A stretch of 64,000 nt of DNA from Carpediemonas membranifera BICM (Eukaryota > Protista > Fornicata). Position 1 is the first letter of the stretch. Each line of letters starts with the position of its first letter. The stretch covers positions 112,484 to 176,483 of the forward strand of contig JAHDYR010000030.1 of the NCBI GenBank assembly GCA_019828565.1, given 5' to 3'. Under the pieces are notes generated by a model, which was not told the DNA's origin, did not search any database, and was given only the letters and a program-made list of their open reading frames with translations. Below, piece after piece: positions 51,446 to 60,174 of this stretch. A program made the position numbers and the translations under genes.

Positions 51446-53695
51446 TCATCGGGCCTCGGCCGTCTTTGCCATCCGCTCTAGATCCCGCCGGAACCGGTCA
51501 AGAAGCCCTGCAGCGTCCATCGTCAGCTGGGTCTCGTCCACGCTGGGGCTATACTCGTTGTCATCAGCAAACTGCGGCTGTCGGGCCTTGCTGGGGCCAG
51601 CGGGCTCGGTGTCGTCGCGCATCACCTCGGCAAGCACACGTGCCTGTTGCCGCAACAGACGCTGGAGCTTGGAGTTGCCGATCAGGGCAGGCTCAAGCTT
51701 GCTGTTGATGTCCAAGCACTGCACCAGGGCCTGTGTCCGAGTCCCGCGGTGCTCCCCTCGAGTCGACGCAGTTTTAGGACGAACTGTGGTCTGGGCGGCC
51801 TTCATCGCCTGGCAAAGAGCGTCCATCTCCGCGGCCATCTCTCTCGCCTTGCTGGCGACGGTGGTCCGACTTGCTTCAGTCCTCTGGGCCCTTGCAGTCG
51901 ACACGAGGTCCTCCTCGACCTCTTCCTGATCTCTCTTGGCAAGCACGCGCGTGGCGTTGGCCAGCCTCACCTCCGTGGCCTGCAGCCGCCTCTTGAGCCC
52001 CTCTGCGTGCTTGGCCACCTCCATGAGCTCCGTGATCCTTGCAGTGGCCCTGCTGAGGTCACTCTCCTTCGCTCTCAGAGTCCTCTGCAGCGTCTGGACC
52101 ATCCCCCGTAAGCTCTCATCACTCTGGTACATGTTACCGCCCCTCGCTGCCGTCAGCTCCGTCTGTAGCCTGCTGTTCTTTGCACTGAGAGCCCTGACCT
52201 GCTCATGGACCCTATTTCCTGCACTATCGTGGCCATACCCAGCCCTCACTCTCCTCAGCGCTGACTCCAGCCTCTGGATCCTTAGGTCTCTCTCCTGCAC
52301 ATCCAGCTCGAGCGTGGTCACCTTATCGGCCATCTCTAGCACACGGCTCTCACAGTCGAGCTGGAGTCGACGCACATCATCTGATTGGAGTGTGGTGGTG
52401 AGATGGTACCCGTCCTCCCGCATCTCCTGCTCGCCGCTCATCTCCAGCAGGCTGTGGGACCGCTCATGGTCGGGCTGCAGGCTGGAGTCGTACGAGTCAT
52501 GACTCGAGCTGGAGTCACTAAAGTCATCGCCATGGTCTGGCGCCCTGTCCGGCGACTGGGCCTGTGAGTCATCGCCCAGGACGGCCTGGGGCTCAGAGTG
52601 GGCCCTAGCACCATGACCGCTCATGTCAAGGACGTCTCCGATAGTCTTCATAGCCCCATGCATCTCCTCGAACTCGGGCAGAGTGCCCTCGCTCTTCATG
52701 ACGGGCAGTTTAAGGTCCCTCATGATATGACCGAACTGGACCAGGGCTAGAGTCTCGTCAGGGCTGGCGGAGGGCACGCCGACGAGGAACACGGACCTGC
52801 CGCACATTACTGAGGGGATGACCGTCCGTGTCAAGGCCGTCGACACTCTCGGGTCAGCAAAGTCAACGTCGTCGCCCTCCCCGTCTGCCAGGGTTACTAG
52901 AGCCGAGAGCAGGCCGTCCACACCCCTATCCTGCCGGCCTATGGGGACAGTAGCGTCGAATATATCGAGGGTTGAGTGGTGCTTTCCCCTGAACACGTGG
53001 AGTCGGATGGCAGGGCTGAACCCATCAGTGCCTGCCCCCAGGGCAGATTGGATAAGGTCCTGGCACTCCTTGGCACTGTCAACCCGCACCGTGGTCGAAT
53101 CATCGAGGGAGCATGAAGGGCTCTGGCTCGGCTCGAGGGTGGGTGAGAGGAAGTCGACCACGCCACGATCGCCCAGGCCGCTGACAGAGGCAGCCACGGT
53201 CGCCCCGGAGGAGTACGAGGCTGTATCGAATAGGTCCCAGATGATGGCGTCGACTAGGGTCTCTCTGTCGTCCTGAGCGTAGACTGGGGAGTCCTGCACG
53301 GTGCCAAAGACGGCAAGGACGGCGTTGAAACCATTCATTGCCCAGTTCGCGGTGATGGAGGCGATTCGGACAGTTTCTGCGGTTGGGTCTGAGGTCATCA
53401 TCGCCCTGATGGGGGGCTCGGGGGCGTACACGATGTCCTGCGTCTCGATGTCTCGAAGTCCGTGAACTTCGAGCCCACCACAGTCATCGTTCTCCACGGA
53501 TTCAACAGAGAACTCAAAGGGCATGCTCTCAATCGCTTCGACGTTCTTGTCGTCAATTACGAACGTAACGTCGAGATCTTGAAGGCTCGCGGAGGATGTT
53601 GGGGAGTTCGATGAATTAGCCCCTGAGAGGCCTCTTAGCTCATCATTGAGCTTCATAATGTCGTCATCAACGCCCAATAGCTTGTATTGGGCCAT
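51446..53695 (-). CDS. Degenerate kinesin-motor-like domain + coiled coil
   Basis: NGFNAVLAVFG (cf. GYNATIFAYG), STLDIFD (cf. SKLNLVDLAGSE), ALTRTVIPSV (cf. KLTRLLQDSL), DETLALVQFG (cf. EETLSTLRFA); TGTAAA on the minus strand after the stop. Confidence 0.65.
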   Translation of the reverse strand: MAQYKLLGVDDDIMKLNDELRGLSGANSSNSPTSSASLQDLDVTFVIDDKNVEAIESMPFEFSVESVENDDCGGLEVHGLRDIETQDIVYAPEPPIRAMMTSDPTAETVRIASITANWAMNGFNAVLAVFGTVQDSPVYAQDDRETLVDAIIWDLFDTASYSSGATVAASVSGLGDRGVVDFLSPTLEPSQSPSCSLDDSTTVRVDSAKECQDLIQSALGAGTDGFSPAIRLHVFRGKHHSTLDIFDATVPIGRQDRGVDGLLSALVTLADGEGDDVDFADPRVSTALTRTVIPSVMCGRSVFLVGVPSASPDETLALVQFGHIMRDLKLPVMKSEGTLPEFEEMHGAMKTIGDVLDMSGHGARAHSEPQAVLGDDSQAQSPDRAPDHGDDFSDSSSSHDSYDSSLQPDHERSHSLLEMSGEQEMREDGYHLTTTLQSDDVRRLQLDCESRVLEMADKVTTLELDVQERDLRIQRLESALRRVRAGYGHDSAGNRVHEQVRALSAKNSRLQTELTAARGGNMYQSDESLRGMVQTLQRTLRAKESDLSRATARITELMEVAKHAEGLKRRLQATEVRLANATRVLAKRDQEEVEEDLVSTARAQRTEASRTTVASKAREMAAEMDALCQAMKAAQTTVRPKTASTRGEHRGTRTQALVQCLDINSKLEPALIGNSKLQRLLRQQARVLAEVMRDDTEPAGPSKARQPQFADDNEYSPSVDETQLTMDAAGLLDRFRRDLERMAKTAEAR

Positions 53696-54002
53696 CCGAG
53701 TGATCTCGTTGCCGAATGTCCGAGTCCGAAAGTCGCTCAGCAATAAGGGCGGCTACGTGGCGGCATATTGGGTGGATCTCGGCTACATGAGACGCACCAA
53801 TGACGGCCTGGCTGGCCTCCGTCTTGACTGCGGGTTCGAGGTGAATCGCTCACAGCGGCCACAACAAACTGTACTGCGACTCAAAATACTCAATTGTAAC
53901 ATCCGTTATACAGGTTACCGCCACTTGATGGCCCAAGTCCGTCTGGAAGACAGACGATTTTTCGCATTTTAACAGACGAGTTTTCCAACGCAACAGCCGT
54001 TG

Positions 54003-55984
54003 ATGTCGCTTCTCACGTTTGATAGCACGGCTGACACGATTATTTTCCATCGTAGGCTCATTCAGACACATTTTGGGCACAATGGAAAGCCAAGTTTGTT
54101 TTCTTTCTTCAAACTAACACAGTGACCGACTATTCTCACCATTGGACCCTTGCTGAGAAGAAACCGCATGAGTATGTGTATATTAGAAACAACAAGGACT
54201 TTGTTTCCAAGCTGATCATCTCTGACGGCTTCTCGCTGAACCACCTCGACACCGTCCTGGCTCAGGCCCCTCTATACGCCAGCTTCGAGCCGTATGGCGT
54301 GATGACCCCACAGCCAGTGCCCTCCTTAGACGCCCTCTCAGCTATCCTGCACCGCTTTGACTCTGCGCTGCTCGCATTGACGGGGTCGGGGTCTAAGTTC
54401 ACGGGCCCCCCTGTCATAAGCCAGGTCGAGCCCGTGAAGGACAGCATCGACGTCGAGCTAGAGGCCGACGAGCCCGTAGAGGACCCCATGTCGACCCTCG
54501 AGCCTGTGGACGATCCGAACGTGGCCCCCCACCTTGCTGCCCTCTTTGCAGTCGACCCCCGCGTCCACCCGGCAGAGGTCGGCGACTGGTGCAGTCTAGC
54601 CGAGACGAAACAGGACCTGCTGTGCGCCACGGTGCCGTACATGGCAACTCTCCCTCCCCTGCCCGAGAACTTCCCTGATGGCCTCCAGTCAGAGGGTGCG
54701 TGGCTCGCTGAGGGCGCAGTCATCCTCAACCTGACCTCGGACGACGACCTTATCCTGCTCTCGACTGTCGACATGGTCCATCTGGTCGCCCTGCCGACGT
54801 CATTCCCAGAAGGCCCGCTAGCAAGTCTCCGCGGTCTCGAGGGGCGGCATGTGCGCTGGTTGGAGGAGCTCCAGGAGCGGATCAAGGTCTCCCTAACCCG
54901 CGCTGAGCTCGACCCCACCGAGTATAAGCTTCTTGTGCCGTACCCGCCCCCAGTGTGGGCCTTGCATGTCCATATCGTCCCAGCATCCATGCGATTCCCG
55001 CCGGTCTGCGGAACATTCTTCCCCCTGGCCTCAATCCTCAGCATCCTGAAGAAGTCGCCGTCCTATCTGTCAACCGCGACACTGAACTTTACACTGCCTG
55101 TTGGTCACAGCCTCGCCGTGTTCAGAAGGGCGCTGGACGACGACCAGACGCCCTCACACCGTAACGAGGACCTCCACTTCTCCATGCGTCTGCAGCCCCA
55201 GGACCTGGCCTCCTCGAGAACTCTGCCCCAGCGAGCATCGTCCCACGCTACCTTCCCCCAGCCCCGACACTCGCCCCCCAGACAAAGGCCGGCATCTGAC
55301 ACTGCCAGGGCGACTCATGCTGACACCCCCGGGCCGACAGAGAGACCCAGTCAACCCAGTCGGCTCGACCGGTCGACCCGGACGGACACGCCCGAGCACA
55401 GCAGGGCGCCGATCTCCCAGAGCAGCCTGTCCCACAGACGGCAGTCGGACATATCTCCCGCCCCTGTTCCGGCCCGTGCGGAGACCAGGCAGGACCAGAA
55501 GCCCGCCTTGAGACACGCCATGCCGGCCCCCACTCCAGGGATGGACCAGATCAGCGTTGGGGGACACATTGGAGCCGCACAGGTCACTCAGACCGTGGTA
55601 GTGCCGCGGATTGAGTCCAGTCCCGCGACCAACCTGACTGAGCCAGTCAGAGCCAAGCCGCCCCGTATGAGGAGTGTCGCTTCATCAAACATTGGAGAGA
55701 AGAGCACGATCACCACAGCCTCGAGGGTCGGCGGTGCCCTGCCGACGCCTGAGAGCGCCAGACCCGCCTCAGTCAGACCTGACTCGAGCTCGAGGATGAA
55801 ACCCGCTCGGTCTGTCCAGGCAATGTCGATGGGCGTCTCCCTCGGCGCCCAGTCCCCCCGAGAGGCGCCTATGCCTCCTGCTGAGCTTGTTGACCGAGGC
55901 CGTGAGACTGGGGGTCGGACCCCCCTGCCTCCCAGCCGGCTGCTGGAGAAAGCCATCGTGGGTATCGCGGAGGACCCCCTGTAG
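54003..55984 (+). CDS. Scavenger decapping enzyme DcpS-like HIT-domain protein with long disordered C-terminus (intron 54094-54122)
   Basis: LASLRGLEGRHVRWL...PYPPPVWALHVHIV resembles DcpS IRSLRDL..EHLPLL..HYxPSYYHLHVHF; 29-nt GTTTGT..CTAACACAG intron joins ATG 54003 in frame. Confidence 0.65.
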
Positions 55985-56081
55985 ACCGACCTGGGCTATT
56001 GTACTGTAAACTGCGTCCACTTGATTGTATGATGATGTGATGTCATGGCGCGAGAGATTTATAAACCCGACCCGGCCTGGT

Positions 56082-58220
56082 CTACTTATTCCGGAACAGC
56101 TTCGACACGAAATACGACCCGGCGTGGGTCGCCATCGCCTTCCTCCTGCGGCCCCCGCTGCCCCTGCTCACGTGGGTCGAGACATCGCCGGAGAACCCGT
56201 CAAGGACGTCGTGCGCCCTCGCAAAAATCTCCTGCGGGGCCGACTTGATGTTCGGCAGCGTGGCAATGAGTCGAAGCACGACGGAGCCCTGCTCGGTGTC
56301 CAGCAGCGCGGCGGCGTCCCTCCCCGAGGTCAGCCGCCACGAGTTGTCCCCGGCAGAGTGCCCGCCGGCGTCAACCCTAACCAGGTTGCCCTTCTTCAGC
56401 GGGGGCGTCTGCAGCGCCATGTAGTAGCGCCTGTAGTTGGTCACGGGTAGCCCGAAATGCCAGGCGGGGTCGCTCATGCTGTGGTCGGCGACATCCTCGA
56501 CCAGTGTCGGCGGGCACGGGAGCAGCGGGCCGGCCGAGTGCCGCTTTATGAGGGCGACCAGGCTGTCGTCGAGCGTCGCCTCGACAGCCCTGATCTCGTC
56601 CATGGGGCGGTTCCTCTCGAGCCGCTGCCGCAGGGCAAATATCGCTCGCACCCTGGGGTTTGAATCACTCAAATCGGGGAAGTCCGCGGCCGCCTTCGTC
56701 TCGAGCATGGCGTCCGCCGCAGTCTGCTTGAACAGGTCCGTCGACACAGCGGGCGTCGCCAGGCCCCTGCTCCACACGGCAAGCTCCTTGGCCACCGTTG
56801 CCCCACCCACCGCCCGCTCCAGCCCGGCCATCGTCTGGAACAGGCCGGGCCAGGCGGACACGGGGGCCCTGGGCGGGTCCCCCTCCGTGGGCTCCTCGGC
56901 GGTGGCGGTCTCGAACAGGGCCCTGGCCGCGGTGATGCCCTTGCGTCTGTTGACGTACTTGAGGTACTCGACCCAGCCGAGGGCCGACCCCGACGCGATG
57001 ATTGATTCAAAGAGGCCGTCGGCCTTGGCGTAGTCCTGGGTCTGCTCGAACTGGTCCGCCGCGGACAGTGTCACAATCAGCTCGCTGTCGGGCAGCGCCA
57101 CGAGGGCCCTGTCGAAGGCCCGGGTGATGGCCCGGCTCCTCAGGCCGTCCCTCGACTCCACCACAGTCGCCTCGGTCAGGTAGGCGATGTACTGGAGCCA
57201 GATCTCGGGCGACCGGTACAGATCTAGGATGGCCTGCTCGAAGGCGAACAGCGTGCGGGCGTGGTGGGCGTAGGCGTCGGCCCGGTCGTAACGCCGCTGC
57301 TCGTACGCGATGAGGCTCAGCCACCGGGCCAGGCGGGTCGAGCAGTCCGTGCCGGGCTTGGGCGGGTACTCCGTGCCGGCCGCCTTGACGTACAGCTTTT
57401 GCCGCTCGAGAGCGGTGTACCGCGCCTGCTCGCCCCTCTCCAGGCGGTCGTCCAGGATCTTGCCGATGATCTGGTCGAACTTGCTGCCGAGCCTCTGGAG
57501 GACATCCCGCCGCTCCCACCGGGCGTGCATCGTGATTATCGCAGTGACGTCCTTCATCGGCGTGTCGATCGCACGGTAGAACTCCCGCCGCACGCCGTCG
57601 ATGAACGTGTCGGGGTCCTTCTCCGGGATGCCCGCGCTGGTGAGGAGCGTGAGATAGTCAGCCCACAGCGGCTGGGCGTCGAGGTGCAGGCCCACGCGAC
57701 TCAGCGCGAACTTGAACGTGTCGACCAGCACCTCGCGGGCGTACGTGCCGAGCCGGGCATATCCACTGCTTCCCTTGTGCTTGGAGCCGACCCCGAGCCT
57801 GTTCTTGACGTATTCTATGTAGGTGGCAAACACAGCGATGTTGCAGAACTGCCGCAGGGCGTTCTCCAGCGTCTGCTTGATGTAGCCGTGGTTGGAGTTC
57901 ACATGGAGCTCCGAGATGCTGCCGTCGGTCACTTTCTGAGCGGCCGCCTGATCCTCGGCGGGGACGCCCTTGGCATCGACATACTGCACGGATTCCTTGC
58001 CGTTGGTGTCCTCGAAGATGACGTAGGCCTCGTACCTGCGGCCGCATGTGGGGTAGAGCTCGAAAAAGCGGCGGTATAGCTTGCGGACGGTGTCTACGGC
58101 CTTCTTGCACACTCCAGTGCCCTCGTCGACGGCCATGGCGAAGATAGCTCCCCAGTTCTCTATGTTGTATGGATCCTCCTCTATGTTGAACTGATCGATG
58201 AACTCCTCGTATTCATCCAT
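56082..58220 (-). CDS. CSTF3: Cleavage stimulation factor 77 kDa / Rna14 (HAT-repeat Suf family)
   Basis: IEEDPYNIENW, RKLYRRFFELYPTCGR, FKFALSRVGLHLDAQPLWADYL, VRREFYRAIDTPM, RTLFAFEQAI..PEIW, RRKGITAARALF. Confidence 0.85.
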   Translation of the reverse strand: MDEYEEFIDQFNIEEDPYNIENWGAIFAMAVDEGTGVCKKAVDTVRKLYRRFFELYPTCGRRYEAYVIFEDTNGKESVQYVDAKGVPAEDQAAAQKVTDGSISELHVNSNHGYIKQTLENALRQFCNIAVFATYIEYVKNRLGVGSKHKGSSGYARLGTYAREVLVDTFKFALSRVGLHLDAQPLWADYLTLLTSAGIPEKDPDTFIDGVRREFYRAIDTPMKDVTAIITMHARWERRDVLQRLGSKFDQIIGKILDDRLERGEQARYTALERQKLYVKAAGTEYPPKPGTDCSTRLARWLSLIAYEQRRYDRADAYAHHARTLFAFEQAILDLYRSPEIWLQYIAYLTEATVVESRDGLRSRAITRAFDRALVALPDSELIVTLSAADQFEQTQDYAKADGLFESIIASGSALGWVEYLKYVNRRKGITAARALFETATAEEPTEGDPPRAPVSAWPGLFQTMAGLERAVGGATVAKELAVWSRGLATPAVSTDLFKQTAADAMLETKAAADFPDLSDSNPRVRAIFALRQRLERNRPMDEIRAVEATLDDSLVALIKRHSAGPLLPCPPTLVEDVADHSMSDPAWHFGLPVTNYRRYYMALQTPPLKKGNLVRVDAGGHSAGDNSWRLTSGRDAAALLDTEQGSVVLRLIATLPNIKSAPQEIFARAHDVLDGFSGDVSTHVSRGSGGRRRKAMATHAGSYFVSKLFRNK

Positions 58221-58502
58221 CGCCCGTTCGTCGCTACCTCTGGTCGCTGGTCTATTCTGACAAATCAGGGAGAGCTCTCCAGAGGCAAGGGGCGACCGAA
58301 TGGGATACCTTGATACCATCGACAATAAGGTTGGCTGGCATCATCTAGTTTTTTCGCTCTGATCTGATAACGATGGGACCGGCGAGATCAGAATTTGGCG
58401 ATGTGGTGTCCTGGTGAGTGACACCGGTCATGTTGACGCAGACAGACAGCCGTCCTGACCTCTTGATAGAACGCCTGTACACTGTTTTCACAAAGCCACG
58501 AA

Positions 58503-59747
58503 ATGACCGATTCAGGTATGCCAGCGGCAGTCCCCGGCTATTATGTTCACAAACGGCGTTGGAACATGAAAACGTGGGATGTGACGCCAGAAGGCTGTGA
58601 GGGTATGACGAAACAGGACGTTTTGAAGGCAAACCCACAGCTTCTTGCTCAAATCACGTCTCAGCAACACAGTCCGCAACAGGCCAAGCTTGCCAAGTGC
58701 ATAGTAATCAGCAGCCTTCCAGTGAACATCTCTAAGGAAGCCATTAAGACTTTTATGGAGAAGCAGATGAAGACCCTCGGCATCACCCGAGACACCGTTG
58801 CCCGTGTCTCCCTGCAGAAGCACGGCCACGGCACGGCGGACATTGAGTTCAAGGACCCCAACCTTGCCACAGCCTGTCTTGGTCTGGGTTCACCCGAGCT
58901 GGACGGCCGGCCAGTCCGTCTCGCCCGGCCGCGGGAGTACACCATGGGAGCGGCCTCTAAGGAGTTCTTCCACAACGACCACATCAATTCCCGGGTGCCA
59001 AACTCCATGCATAAGCTTCTCCTCATGGATATCCCCGTGTACTACTCCCTCGACGACGTCAGAGCCCTGCTGGGGGAGATCGGGCCCCTGGAGGAGGCCG
59101 AGCTCATCCTGGCGCCCACAGGGGCGTCCAGGGGCATGGCCTTTGTGAAGTTCGCAAACCCCGAACACGGCCGTCAAGCTCTGAAGGCGATGGCACCGGG
59201 GAAGATGACTATCCCTGTTGGGTCGAGCACTATTACCCCCACGCTCCGCAGGGCAGTCGACACGGATGAAGGCAGGGCCGACTCGTGCGAGACGGGCATG
59301 ATGCCCTTCCCTGGCACGCACAAGACAGTGCTCGCCCCCGGTGAGCTCTTCACCGCTGTCGTCGGCAAGGCTGAGGGCCGATTCGACGAGGAGGGCCGCC
59401 CCAACCTCGGCAATCCCACCTGCTGCGTTGTTGTCCTCAACGCCCTTTCCACCCGGGACTTGTTGTCCGATGGGTACCGGGACATCGCCATGGACGTCGC
59501 AGAGGGCCTGGGGGAGTACGGTGTCGTCAATAAGGTCGCTATACCGCGGCCCGGGGGTCCTGAGTACACGGTGCCTGGTATGGGCCGTATTTACGTGCAG
59601 TTCCAGGACGTTGAGGGCGCCAAGAAGGCCATGGAAGATCTTCCGAGGCGTAGGTTCATGGGGCGGAAGCTGATGTGTGCATACTACGACCTAGTGAAGA
59701 TGGAGGCCGGGGATTACAGCGGCGGGACAATGCGGATCGAAGGATGA
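58503..59747 (+). CDS. U2AF2: U2AF large subunit (U2AF65): ULM + 2 RRM + UHM
   Basis: KTWDVTPEG ULM, RLARPREY, VPNSMHKL, TGASRGMAF, VAIPRP..VPGMGRIYVQF..RRFMGR..AYY. Confidence 0.88.
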   Translation: MTDSGMPAAVPGYYVHKRRWNMKTWDVTPEGCEGMTKQDVLKANPQLLAQITSQQHSPQQAKLAKCIVISSLPVNISKEAIKTFMEKQMKTLGITRDTVARVSLQKHGHGTADIEFKDPNLATACLGLGSPELDGRPVRLARPREYTMGAASKEFFHNDHINSRVPNSMHKLLLMDIPVYYSLDDVRALLGEIGPLEEAELILAPTGASRGMAFVKFANPEHGRQALKAMAPGKMTIPVGSSTITPTLRRAVDTDEGRADSCETGMMPFPGTHKTVLAPGELFTAVVGKAEGRFDEEGRPNLGNPTCCVVVLNALSTRDLLSDGYRDIAMDVAEGLGEYGVVNKVAIPRPGGPEYTVPGMGRIYVQFQDVEGAKKAMEDLPRRRFMGRKLMCAYYDLVKMEAGDYSGGTMRIEG

Positions 59748-60174
59748 ATGTATCGGGATCTAGCTAAATGCCGGCTGATTTAATGTAGTAGTGAGTGGTG
59801 TGAATGTGCCGGGAGCGCACAACACATGTTCGTTGTGTGGGAAAATTGATTTTGGTTATATTGGACTATTTGAAGCCTGAACGCCACTTGAACGCAATGA
59901 GATACATTCGGGCTATTCACTTCAGTTCGTATGGAGGGGGTTTGACTCTCCAAAGCGGTAGGAACGCAGTGGAGGAACACGACCCTCGGTTTTGACTCAA
60001 GACGACTCGAGAAAAAAAGGATGAAGCATTTTTTCCTTCATGCAGGCAGACGGGCTGAGCTGCAGTGCCGGGTCCAGATGAGGCTGCTTGCTCATATGGT
60101 GTCACCAGGGTGGCTGCCTATCAGTCCTCCGAGGAAATTTTGTCGAGTGTCCATCGAACAACAAGACAAGACTG

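Noticed and set aside
54082-54093. ATG 54082 as the start of the DcpS-like gene
   Set aside because: After splicing it reads MESQ-stop; ATG 54003 is the in-frame start
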